From: Mobula hypostoma
Lineage: Eukaryota
Direction of reading: 5' to 3'
NCBI RefSeq assembly: GCF_963921235.1
Contig: NC_086097.1
Coordinates: forward strand, 116,128,001 to 116,192,000
Length of the DNA: 64,000 nt
The notes beneath the pieces are model-generated. The model did no database searches. It saw nothing but the letters and a program-made list of their open reading frames with translations, and was not told the DNA's origin. How positions within the stretch are numbered: position 1 is the first letter of the stretch; each line of letters begins with the position of its first letter. This document shows, in pieces, positions 52,316-64,000 of the stretch. The translations under genes and the position numbers were made by a program.

Positions 52316-54281
52316 TTTACCCTTTTTCATAGATGCTGCCCAGTCTTCTGAGTTCCTCCAGCATTTTGTGTGTGTTGCCAATATATTTACAATATTACTG
52401 AAATCTTAAATACACAACACTCCCCCCACTTAGCTATAAGCTCCAGCTCAATAGAGAATGCATCTCAACTATACACACAGTATACTATATAATACAACTA
52501 CTACATAGACATGCACAAAAAAGGAAATTTTGAATTGTCCCATTCAAGCCGAAAGTACCCACTTTTAATTGGGTATTTGGAAAGGTTAAGAACAAAACTG
52601 TAACTCCTCAACAGGACTGTTTGCAGTGTGCTCTTTATAATCTGGATAAACCTCTCACCAATCTATTTGTAACTGGATGGTACAGTGCAGATGTAATATG
52701 TCCTATTCCATTCATCTTCAGGAATGGCTGAAAGTGTTCTGCAACAAACTGTGGTCCATTGTCACTGACACCAGTCCTTGAGAAAAGGCTTCTCAACACA
52801 TCAACAGTGAGATGCTGTCTTGAGACTATTAGGAACTCGTCTGGCCACTTTGTGGCTCAATCACTACGACCAAAAAACTTATGCCATGAATGATCCTGCA
52901 AAACCCACATGAATCCTATGTCAGGGCAATGCAGATCATTCCCAGGAACGCTTGGGACTTTCTGGATGTGTTGGCATCCCGAACAGTGCAGCAAGCTGCT
53001 CAATTTGCTGATCTACGAGACAATTGCTTTGAGCCAGAGCTTTCGTTTTGACCACATCTAGATTCAACGGCAGGTAGCACCTTCAACACCTCAGCTCTGA
53101 GCTTAGATGGTATAACAACTCTCAATCCCCACATAAGGCAACCATTATAGCCCATTATAGTGATAAAGGACTTTGTCACTGTTTATGGTTGCAATGAGCT
53201 CTTCAGGCCTGTGCAGGGTGCAGAGATCATCGGGTTCTGAGATTTCTGGAGCACCTGGATTGATTAATTGTTGTTTAAAGAGAGTCATTAATAGTATAAA
53301 GTTCCTTGTGTTTTTCTCGAGCAACTTGCACTTCGCAATGTGGTCCCCTGGTGCTTTCTGTTTAAGCTTCTTAAGTTATTTTGTCAGGCTTGGGATTCCA
53401 AGTATTATTTAAGTGGACAGCCAATTAATGTTAATTGCAAGGTTTTAGTTTTGAGAAAGTTATTTCTCTGAGCGACAGATGTTCTGTTGGAATTATTATG
53501 AATAAACTCTCATCGCTATCTCGACATCAGAGTCTGTATTTCCTCTGCACTTTGGTTTCAGTGTTGGCAGTGCATATTGTGACATTGGTGAGAAACACTG
53601 CGGACTCTTCTTCCATCTCAATCTGTCGGTATCCCTTCAGAATGATTTGCAAAGCTATCTTCTATCCTGGGCAGAAGTTATTGATCTACTTTCAATACTG
53701 GATTGACACTGGCGTTAAAATCAACACAGATCTTGACAGACCCATTCTTTATGGATGCTGGGACCACTGGTATTGTGTATGGACTCCACTCAACCTTGGA
53801 AAAAATTCCATGTGATCTAGCTCACTGGAACAGGATGGGCTGTGTAAAACTTGAGTGTGGTATTTTTATTTAACACTGTTTTACTCTTGATATGTTTAAG
53901 TTTTCCAATGCCGTCCTTAAATATTGCAGTGGCATCATCCAGTACCTTTCTTAATTCACTTTCAGTTAACTCTGTTGCAGGGGATATGGCATGCAAATAG
54001 TGGAAGGATCTCCAATGAAGTTGGAGTTGTCTCAGCCACTCAAAGCCCCACAATGCTGGCCCTACTAATTTTACCACATAGAAGCCAATGTGGATTGTTG
54101 GTTGTTTTCTATCACTATTACAAGTGTCATTCCCATAGAGTTAACTTTTCTCTAGGATAAGTTCTTAATAGGCTATCTGCAGACTTCAGTTCATTATTTT
54201 TGAAATGCCATTCAAATTCATTTGTGGAATGACTAGAGCAGCCAAACCAGTGTCCGATTCCATTTTAATTCCTTTGCCATT

Positions 54282-56366
54282 CATAGAAACATAGAAAACA
54301 TAGAAAATAGGTGCAGGAGTAGGCCATTCGGCCCTTCGAGTCTGCACCACCATTTATTATGATCATGGCTGATCATCCAACTCAGAACCCCGCCCAAGCC
54401 TTCCCTTCATACCCCCTGACCCCCGTAGCCACAAGGGCCATATCTAACTCCCTCTTAAACATAGCCAATGAACTGGCCTCAACAGTTTCCTGTGGCAGAG
54501 AATTCCACAGATTCACCACTCTCTGTGTGAAGAAGTTTTTCCTAATCTCGGTCCTAAAAGGCTTCCCCTCTATCCTCAAACTGTGACCCCTCGTTCTGGA
54601 CTTCCCCAACATCGGGAACAATCTTCCTGCATCTAGCCTGTCCAATCCCTTTAGGATCTTATACGTTTCAATCAGATCCCCCCTCAGTCTTCTAAATTCC
54701 AACGAGTACAAGCCCAGTTCATCCAGTCTTTCTTCATATGAAAGTCCTGCCATCCCAGGAATCAATCTGGTGAACCTTCTTTGTACTCCCTCTATGGCAA
54801 AGATGTCTTTCCTCAGATTAGGGGACCAAAACTGCACACAATACTCCAGGTGTGGTCTCACCAAGGCCTTGTACAACTGCAGTAGTACCTCCCTGCTCCT
54901 GTACTCGAATCCTCTCGCTATAAATGCCAGCATACCATTCGCCTTTTTCACCGCCTGCTGTACCTGCATGCCCACTTTCAATGACTGGTGTATAATGACA
55001 CCCAGGTCTCGTTGCACCTCCCCTTTTCCTAATCGGCCACCGTTCAAATAATAATCTGTTTTCCTATTTTTGCCACCAAAGTGGATAACTTCACATTTAT
55101 CCACATTAAATTGCATCTGTCATGAGTTTGCCCACTCACCCAACCTATCCAAGTCACCCTGCATCCTCTTAGCATCCTCCTCACTGCTAACACTGCCACC
55201 CAGCTTCGTGTCATCCGCAAACTTGGAGATGCTGCATTTAATTCCCTCATCCAAGTCATTAATATATATTGTAAACAACTGGGGTCCCAGCACTGAGCCT
55301 TACGGTACCCCACTAGTCACTGCCTGCCATTCTGAAAAGGTCCCGTTTATTCCCACTCTTTGCTTCCTGTCTGCTAACCAATTCTCCACCCACACCAATA
55401 CCTTACCCCCAATACCGTGTGCCTTAAGTTTGCACACTAATCTCCTGTGTGGGACCTTGTCAAAAGCCTTTTGAAAATCCAAATATACCACATCCACTGG
55501 TTCTCCCCTATCCACTCTACTAGTTACATCCTCAAAAAATTCTATGAGATTCGTCAGACATGATTTTCCTTTCACAAATCCATGCTGACTTTGTCCGATC
55601 ATTTCACCGCTTTCCAAATGTGCTGTTATCACATCCTTGATAACTGACTCCAGCAGTTTCCCCACCACCGACGTTAGGCTAACCGGTCTATAATTCCCCG
55701 GTTTCTCTCTCCCTCCTTTTTTAAAAAGTGGGGTTACATTAGCCACCCTCCAATCGTCAGGAACTAGTCCAGAATCTAACGAGTTTTGAAAAATTATCAC
55801 TAATGCATCCACTATTTCTTGGGCTACTTCCTTAAGCACTCTAGGATGCAGACCATCTGGCCCTGGGGATTTATCTGCCTTCAATCCCTTCAATTTACCT
55901 AACACCACTTCCCTACTAACATGTATTTCACTCAGTTCCTCCATCTCACTGGACCCTCTGTCCCTTACTATTTCTGGAAGATTATTTATGTCCCCCTTAG
56001 TGAAGACAGAACCAAAGTAATTATTCAATTGGTCTGCCATGTCTTTGCTCCCCATAATCAATTCACCTGTTTCTGTCTGCAGGGGACCTACATTTGTCTT
56101 TACCAGTCTTTTCCTTTTTACATATCTATAAAAGCTTTTACAGTCCGTTTTTATGTTCCCCGCCAGTTTTCTCTCATAATCTTTTTTCCCCTTCCTAATT
56201 AAGCCCTTTGTCCTCCTCTGCTGAACTCTGAATTTCTCCCAGTCCTCAGGTGAGCCACTTTCTCTGGCTAATTTGTATGCTACTTCTTTGGAATTGATAC
56301 TATCCCTAATTTCTCTTGTCAGCCGCGGGTGCACTACCTTCCTTGATTTATTCTTTTGCCAAACTG
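54282..56366 (-). mobile_element. CR1 LINE, young, near-identical to 25492-28099, inserted in Gypsy protease region
   Basis: RT frame open except two nonsense changes (CAA>TAA ~55300, TGG>TGA ~55120); (TTCTATG)n tail. Confidence 0.95.
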
Positions 56367-56384
56367 GTGTAAGCCATTTGCTTG

Positions 56385-57617
56385 TGTGACACCATTCTGT
56401 TTGGTGAGGGTGATGGGTCCTTATGAAGGTGTGGAATTTAAGAATTAGAAGGCAGGGCACAATAGCACATTCAGTGCAAAGGTGTTTGTTGTGTACCAGA
56501 GGTGGAAGACTTCTTGAAAAGGGTCAAAAATATTTACAGTCCAAAAAACGGTAAAATAACAAAACAAAAACAAAAAGAGAAAATCAAAGGCTCAAAGGTT
56601 CGGAGGTCCAATTTAATGTCAAGAAATGTATACAATATACATTCTGAATTGCTTTTTCTTTGCAAACATCCACAGAAACAGAGAAGTTCCCCAAGGAATG
56701 AACAACAGTTAAACGTGAGAACCCTAAAGTCCCCCCCAGCTCCCCCCTCCCACGTGTAAGTGGCAGCGAGCAACAATCCCCACTCCCCCCACTGGCAAAA
56801 AAAAGCAAGCATCGCATTCAAGTGTGAGCAAAGCAATAGCAAAGGCACAGACTTGTAGTTATCCCAAAGACCTTGAGTTTCACACTGGCATTTGACATAC
56901 CACAGGTTTTTTCTCTCCCTAATAAGGCAGAGGGAGGTGTCTCCATTTTCCCAGCGAGCGAGGAGACACAACAAACAGCTTGCTGGTTTATGATGTTAAA
57001 AGTCTGCTACTTCGCTTTTTTCAAGCTCTGTGCCTGAAGATCTCAGGTCTTCGGGCACACAGCAGTAGATTTTCCGACTCCCTCAACGACACACGGGTCT
57101 CCTGCCGTGACACCGACCCTTGAACCGCCCGTCTCCAGGGCCCCAAGATCTTAGGCTTCCAAATATGAGCCGGACTCTCAGGTCGACCCCTTGGCATGCT
57201 GAACAACGGCCAGTCCTGAACCTCCGAGAGCGGGTCCCATTCCCGCAAAGGACCAAAGTCAGCATGTAACTCCAGGTCAGGGTCTTCAAAAGAACCCTGA
57301 AAGGGAAAAATAAAGATATTATAGAGCTGTTTTCGAAGATGCAAACAAAGGAGTCGCCGTTTAGCGCCATCTTAACCCCACTTCCGTCCCCATTTTCTGT
57401 TCTCTGTTAATGAAGATAAATACCATCAGATTTTTAGGACGACATCTCCAAAACATCAGCCTGAACTAATTCACCTCATCTCACATCACCTCACATCAGC
57501 ACTGCCAGACAAGGACAATGAGAATTACAGGGCTACTGGAGGGTCAGGGGAAGAAATTACTTGGGCTACTGGAGGGCAAGGGGAAGAAACTACTTGTGGC
57601 AGACCTGCTCTGTCACA
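56385..57617. mobile_element. Solo LTR nested in Gypsy gag-pro junction
   Basis: TGTGACA...TGTCACA termini; TSD gcttg / acttg; Gypsy sequence continuous across it; 33-bp duplication ~57529-57595. Confidence 0.7.
56586..57388 (-). mobile_element. ORF-less retroposon with YY1/ETS-like 5' end, nested in solo LTR
   Basis: Minus 5' CGGAAGTGGGGTTAAGATGGCGC; 3' attaaa then (cctttga)n-like tail; homologous to 225-920. Confidence 0.6.
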
Positions 57618-59530
57618 ACTTGTCTCCTGTTAGTTTTCAAATTGTAAAGCTCAAGGCTCCCAGGCCTGTGTCACTCTCAATGTTAGTAGATTTTTCATCA
57701 ACAGCATGCAGATTAGTGCTCTTTTCGAAACTGCAACTTGACTTTTTATCTTTTTCTCTTCCCTGTGCAGTCCATTTACTTCTGTCTGTCTGACATTCTC
57801 TTTGTATGTGTCCTGTGTTGTTGCCTTCTCTGCAAGTTTCACCTTCAAACCCGCTTTGGTCATTTTTTGCAACATTTTCATACTAACTTTCATTCCTGAC
57901 TGAAACTCAATAGCATCTCTGGCTGCTGTTCCTATTGATATAGATTTCAACTCTTCTTCTAAATGTGAGTTGTGCTTCAACTAGGAGCCAGCTTTCGAAT
58001 ATTATGTACAAACTTATCAATCTCATTTTCCCTAACTGACAATGTTTGGACAATTTCTTCAATTCAGCCACTTATGAAACCTAAAGCATTATGCAATTAT
58101 AAAGCAATGGCTTCAGTTCTAAATGTTCCTGCATTATGTTCATGATATCAGCAAAACTCATTCTGGAAGGTTTGGTTGGAGCAGTTAAGATTCTAAATAT
58201 GTTCTTCCACCAATTTCACTCAGCAAAATTGGCACTCATTTCTTATGGGCTATTCCATTTAAAATACTGCTCCATTTTGTCAGAACACATCATCCAGTAA
58301 TTGAACACATCTGTCTTTCTGTTGTTGCCAGTCACTTTTGGTTTTAAAAAAATTTATTATTATCACCCAGTATTCTCTGCTTATGAACCTGTGAATTTCG
58401 TCCATTTTCTGTCTTTTTTTTTAACTCGATCATCTCTTCCCCTTCCAAAGAGGAATGTGCTGTGCTTTTCAGAAACTCAACCATCTCTCAGCTCTTGTGG
58501 AGAAGACCATGTTGCACCTCAGCGAGTAGGTAGTTGTCTTAGTCAGGCAAGCACATCTGACATGGCGGTGTAATAATGTATTCCATTCACATACCTTTAC
58601 AATGAATTATGTAACAGCAAAAAATGCATAATCAAACAATTTATTGAAAACATTACTCATATATTACTGAAATATTAAATACACAACATCAACCTTCACA
58701 TTAATTTTAGGTATCTCTGCTGCCAAAAGCTTTTAGACCATCTATGCAAATTACTTTGTCCCAGCAAAGGTATCTGGGAAAAACAATACATGCTGATAGT
58801 GTCAACTAGTAGAAAAACAGGATAAATGTTAGAAATCATTGGAGATGGTTAGGAATCACAAGGAGAATGACAGAAAGACTGGGTACAGAAAGAAGAACTA
58901 AAATTCACTAATCAATCTTCAGTTTCTGCAAAGGATAACTTGTTCCTCTGCAAATCATTTGTATGTTCTTTGAATTTGCAAGAATTGCACCTGTGTTTGG
59001 AAATCCCTTGTCGTTGATAAATATTCTGTCATTCAGAAGTCTTTTAAAAAGCAGAAATTCTCTGTGAGTGATAAATCTGTGTTAAAAACATTTTGTCTGA
59101 AATTAGACGTATATCATTAAAAATAAAATAAACTGTGTTTAAACTCACTAGTTGAATGTATAACCTCCTAGGAAGCGGGGAGGATAACAATCCAATAATG
59201 GGTACTGGCAGCTAGAACTTGTCACAAAAACGAGACAGGGAAGTCTGCTCGTCTTTCAGGAGTAGATGGAAACAGAAAAAACCTCCTTATAGTGAGGGTA
59301 CATGTCGATATCTATATTGGATAGGGCTTAAAATGTCCTTCTGAGTTCAGGCTTTTCAGACAGTGAACCCAATACCTAAACATGATAATATTGGAAGGAT
59401 GTAAAATTACTCTAATTAATATTGCATCTGAAAATGTTCGTCATTTCCTTTCATGTCACTCCAGACATGATCTGTGATTATCCTGCACCTGTGTCACACA
59501 AACTGTGTGCAAGATGGGAGCCTGATTTAC

Positions 59531-59619
59531 CGTTCTGTACAGTCTGTGCTGAAGTTGTCATTGACCATACAACTCAGCACCAAGGACAATATTGTGAATA
59601 ACTTCACCTCTTTTTGCAT
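59531..59619 (-). CDS. Candidate signal-peptide-like coding segment (MQKEVKLFTILSLVLSCMVNDNFSTDCTE) in exon 59531-59703
   Basis: Acceptor ctttcttctgtgttgtgtcag|, gcaggcATG, donor CG|gtaaat; unique GC-richer island; unrecognised. Confidence 0.2.
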
Positions 59620-59959
59620 GCCTGCTCTGCTGAAGAAATTCTGCTGCTGTGACAGAGCTCCAGCAGATGCTGACAGGTGTGGTGATTCAGGATACGTTGA
59701 AGGCTGACACAACACAGAAGAAAGTGGGCTGCAATACACTTTGATGCTGAATTGAGCACCTTGGTGGAAGGAGGAGGGACATGGTTTAATTGGATCAATG
59801 AGGCTCTCCAAATCAATTCTGCAAAGGCTGCAGCATAACGTAGGCAGTTATGTTGGTCAATATCAAGAACAAGGCAGCAAACTCAAAGTTAGTTCACTAT
59901 CAAAGTATGTATATACTATCTTGAGATTCACTTTCTTGCAGATATTTCCAGGAAAATAA

Positions 59960-60277
59960 TTAATTAAAGGCATCCGTTAGTCTTGTGAGACCATGGATCT
60001 GCATCTGGAAAGTCTTCACTCTCCAGGGCGCAGGCCTGGGCAAGGTTGTATGGAAGACCAGCAGTTGCCCATGCTGCAAGTCTCCCCTCTTCACGACACC
60101 AATGTTGTCCAAGGGAAGGGCATTAGGACTCATACAGCTTGGCACCAGTGTCGTCGCAGAGCATTGTGTGATTAAATGCCTTGCTCAAGGACACAACACA
60201 TTCCCTCGGCTGGGGCTCGAACTCACGACCTTCAGGTAGCTAGTCCAATGCCTTAACCACTTGGCCACATGCTCACA
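59960..60277 (-). mobile_element. tRNA-derived SINE with RTE-like tail
   Basis: Minus TGGCCAAGTGGTTAAGGC..GAGTTCGAGCCCC; core gtgtccttgagcaaggcatttaa; 12-bp TSD ccaggaaaataa (59948-59959, 60278-60289). Confidence 0.9.
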
Positions 60278-60409
60278 CCAGGAAAATAAAAAGATATAAT
60301 AACAGCACAATTACTCAAGTCGAGTATGACGTTGTTCCGAGGAGTTATTCCCTTAATGGCGAACCTGATTCTGATTTGGTATCTAATTATCTGTGATTAG
60401 ATACCGAGT

Positions 60410-60835
60410 CAGAATCAGGCTTAATATCACTGGCATATGTTGTGCAATTTGTTAACTTCACGGTAACAGTACATGCAATACATAATAATAAAGAAAAAGC
60501 TGTGAATTACAGTAAGTATATATATTAAATAGTTAAAAAAGTAGTAAGCAAAAATAGAAATAAAAAAGTAGTGAGGTAGTGTTCGTCGGTTTAATATCTG
60601 TTCAGAAATCAGATGGCAGAGGGGGAGAAGCTGTTCCTGAATCACTGTGTGTGTGTCTTTAGGCTCCTGTACCTCCTTCCTGATGGTAGCAACAAGAACA
60701 AGGCATGACCTGGGTGAAGTGGTCTGTAATGATGGATGCCGCCTTTTTGAAGTATCACTCCTTGAAGATGTCCTGGATATTATGGAGGCTAGTAGTCATG
60801 ATGGAAGTGACTAAGTTCACAACTCTTTGCAGCTA
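60410..60835 (-). mobile_element. Rex1/Babar 3' fragment
   Basis: Similar to 29165-29620 and 39340-39600. Confidence 0.8.
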
Positions 60836-61267
60836 ACTTTGAGGCAGATGCAGAGGCAGGCACCACGTGGTTCCTGACAGATTGAGCTCAGAGTTCTGTT
60901 GCATGACATGAAAGATGATCAGAAACTCTTCACTGCTGCAGACTTCCTCTGCTTTCACTGCCATCACCTTCTGCCAGCCTCACTATTGAAGTCTTGGTTG
61001 GATTACTCCTTGTCTGGAACCTCCCCCTTGATCTTAGTTCCATGGCTACCGTACCATGAGCTAAATTCCAGATGGCAGCATTGTCAGAATCTCAGAAACT
61101 TACAAGCCTGTCCATCGTGACAAGATGATGATCCTCCGAGGAGAAAGATAATAGGAGGATTTATGAAAAGCAATACAGAAAGGAAAACTGACACGCAACC
61201 AATGTGCAAAAGAAGACACATTTTGCAAAACTAATACTGGGAACATGAGTTGTTATTGAGACAAAAT

Positions 61268-63255
61268 CATAGAAAAGTACAGCACATAAACAGGCACTTC
61301 AGCCTATCAAGTCTGTGCTAAACCATTTAAACTGCCTACTCCCATCAAATTGCACTAAGATTGTAGCCCTCCATACCTCTATCATTCAGGTACCTATCCA
61401 AACTTCTCTTAAACATGCTCCACTTACGTTGGCAGCTTATTCCACACTATCATGACTCTCTGAGAGAAGAAGTTTTCCCTCATGTTCCCCTTAAACTTTT
61501 CACCCTTCACCCTTAACCTATGACCTCTAGTGGTCGTCCACAGGTGGAAAAAGCCTACTCGCATTTACATTATCTATACCACTCATAATTTCTTGTATGT
61601 CTCTAGCAAATCTTCTCTCAACCTTCTATGTTCCAAGGAATTAAGTCCAAACCTATTGAATCATTCCTTATAACTCAGGTCCTCCAGACCTGGCAAGATC
61701 CTTTTCTCTGTACTCTTTCAACCTTATTTACATCTCTCCTGTAGGCAGGTGACAAAAACTACACACAATACTCCAAATTAAGCCTCACCAATGGCTTATA
61801 CAACTTCAACATAATGTCCCATCTCCTGTACACAATACTTTAAGAGGGCCTATGTGCCAAAAAATTTCTTTACGACCCTATAAACTTGGGACACCCCTTT
61901 CAATGAGTTATGGGCCTGTGTTCCCAGATTCCTTTGTTCTACTGTACTCCTCAGTGCTCTTCTGATCACTGTGTAAGACCTACCCTGGTTGGTCCTACAG
62001 AAGTGCAACACCTGGCACTTCACAGTTTTAAATTCCATCTATTGTTCTCAATGCACCTTTCCAGCAAGCCCAAATCCAACTACAAGTTTTGATCGTCTTT
62101 CTTACTGTCCACTTCACGCCTAATCTTGGTGTCAGCTACAAATTTGCTGATTCAGTTAACCATATTATCATCCAGATCATTAATATAGATGACAAACAAC
62201 AATGGACCCAACACTGATCCCTGCCGCATTCCACTAGTCACAGGCCTCCAGTCAGTGAGGCAACCATCTTCTACCACTCTCTGGCTTCTCCCACAAGGCC
62301 AATGTCTAATCCAATTTACTACCTCATCTTCAATGTCAAGCCTCTGAACCATCTTGACCAATCTCCCATGTGGGACCTTGTCAAGTGCCTTGCTAAAGTC
62401 TACACAGACAACATCCGCTGCCTTGCCTTCATCAACTTTCCCAGTAACCTCCTCAAAAAACTCTATAAGATTGATTAAGCATGACCTCTATGCACAAAGT
62501 TATGCTGACTGTCCTCAATCAATCCATGTCTGTCTATCCAAATATATCCGGTCCCTTAGGATACCTTCCAATAACTATCCCATTACTCGTGTCAATCTCA
62601 CCAGCCTATAATTTCATGGTTTATTTTTAGTGCCTTGCTTAAACAGTGAAACAACATTGGCTATCCTACAATCCTCTGGTACATCACCTGTGGCAAAGGA
62701 TAATTTAAATATCTTTGCCAGGGCCCCAGCAATTTCTGCCCTTTCTTCTCGTATGACCAGAAGGAACACCTTGTTAGTTCCTGTGGAGGAAGCAAACACT
62801 TCCTCTGTTGCAATCTGTATCAAGTCTATGAAATTGATGCTGCTTTGCCTGACTTCTATAGACTGTGTCCATCTCCTGAGCAAATACAGGTGCAAAAAAT
62901 GCATTTATCATATCCCCCCGCTCTGTTTTGGCTCCATGTATAGATTACCATTCTGATCTTTCAAAGGACCAATTTTGTCCTTCACTCCTTTTCCTCATAC
63001 TATACCTGTAGAATTGTTTAGGATCCTCCTTCACCTTGTCTGCTAAGGCAACCTTATGCCTTCTTTTAGCCCTCCTGATTTCTTTCTTAAGTGTTCTCTT
63101 GTATTTCTTATACTCCAATAGCATCTCATTTGTTCCAACTTGCCTATACCTGCAGTATATCTCTTTTATTTTCATAACCAGGGCTTTAATACCTCTTGAA
63201 AACCAGGGGTCCCTAAACCTGTTATCTTTACCTTTTATTCTGACAGGCACATATA
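61268..63255 (-). mobile_element. CR1 LINE, degenerate
   Basis: WRPVTSGMRQGSVLGPLLFVIYINDLD, LKKEIRRAKRRH..KVKEDPK. Confidence 0.85.
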
Positions 63256-63672
63256 ATTAGATTTTTTTTAGATTAGATTCAACTTTATTGTCGTTGTGCC
63301 AAGTATGGATACAAAGCCAATGAAATGCAGTTAACATCTGACCAGAAATGCAAAGAATAGTGTTATTTACAAATTAACCATGAATAAAAAGTAAGTGCTA
63401 CAGCACACAAATATAAAAGTTATAAGACAGTACAATATGGGTGCAATACTGCTTAGGCTGTGATGTGAGGTTCAGTAGGGTCACAGCTTCAGGGAAGAAG
63501 CTCCTCCTGAGCCTGCTGGTGCAGGAGCGGAGGCTCCTGTAGCGCCTACCAAATGGGAGGAGAGTAAAAAATCCATGGGTTAGGGTGAGATGCATCCTTA
63601 ATAATGCTTTTTGCCCTGCCCAGGCAGCGTTTATGGTAGATGTTCTAAATGGTGGGCAATTGGGTGCCAATA
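63256..63672 (-). mobile_element. Rex1/Babar 3' fragment
   Basis: FTLLPFGRRYRSLRSCTSRLRRSFFPEAVTLLN; (tctaa)n tail. Confidence 0.8.
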
Positions 63673-63774
63673 TAAGCTTTGTATTCTGAAAATTTCAGTT
63701 TTAAAGGCCTTCCACTTACCAAGTACAACTTTGCCGGAAAACAGCCTATCCAGATCCACACTTATGAGATCCTT

Positions 63775-64000
63775 TCACCTGTACCTAATAAAGTGGCCAC
63801 TGAATGTACGTTTCTGGTCTTCTGCTGCTGTAGTCCATCCACTTCAAAGTTCAACATATTGTGCATTCAGAGATGCTCTTCTGCACATCGCTGTTGTTAT
63901 ATATGGTCACTTGAGTTAGTGTTGCCTTGCTGTCAGCTTGAACTAGTTTGGTCATTCTCCTCCGACCTTTCTCATTAACAAGACATTTTTGCCTGCAGAA
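63775..64000. mobile_element. Tc1/mariner MITE partial copy (runs off window)
   Basis: cctgtacctaataaagtggccactg..ctgctgctgtagtccatccacttcaaag matches 11990-12190. Confidence 0.8.

Larger units (their letters stand above)
49397..52379 (+). mobile_element. Penelope-like remnant inserted in Gypsy 3' LTR, itself split by CR1
   Basis: TSD aatgtatttacaa 49384-49396 / aatatatttacaa 52380-52392; terminus with degenerate hammerhead 52280-52315. Confidence 0.7.
49194..58688 (-). mobile_element. Gypsy LTR retrotransposon provirus, decayed, hosting several nested insertions
   Basis: Perfect TSD TCAAC (49189-49193, 58689-58693); LTRs 49194-49396+52393-52418 and ~58540-58688 both ending aaatacacaaca; PPT at 52419-52430; gag ~57620-58330, protease ~54230-54280, RT ~53590-54080, integrase ~52600-53140 (SDNGPQF; GCLMWGLRVVIPSKLR). 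Confidence 0.85.

Noticed and set aside
50563..56460. Reverse transcriptase ORFs as a retron/DGR or other novel RT system
   Set aside because: They carry CR1 signatures (APE endonuclease, KFADDTK, TTCTATG tails) and are truncated genomic LINE copies.

Overview
Vertebrate nuclear DNA, most likely from a cartilaginous fish (ray/shark-type repeat repertoire; taxon inferred from repeat families, not proven). Most of the window is layered transposable-element debris: CR1, Rex1/Babar, RTE and R4/Dong LINEs, Penelope-like elements, tRNA-derived SINEs, Gypsy-type LTR elements and solo LTRs, and hAT, Tc1/mariner, Tigger and Harbinger DNA transposons/MITEs, many nested with readable target-site duplications (TSDs). 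There is no intact TE ORF, no recognisable host gene, no rRNA/tRNA gene and no CRISPR array; nearly all ORF-track entries are TE fragments or antisense/chance ORFs. I did not find a clearly new biological system. The most noteworthy items are: decayed minimal hammerhead-ribozyme motifs at Penelope termini; a TRIM-like miniature LTR element; internally deleted/bipartite RTE elements; an ORF-less retroposon family with YY1/ETS motifs; a solo LTR with a 14x33-bp array; non-Gypsy filler DNA inside a Gypsy provirus; and weak, unvalidated minus-strand exon candidates in TE-free islands. Boundaries without TSDs are approximate (tens of bp).
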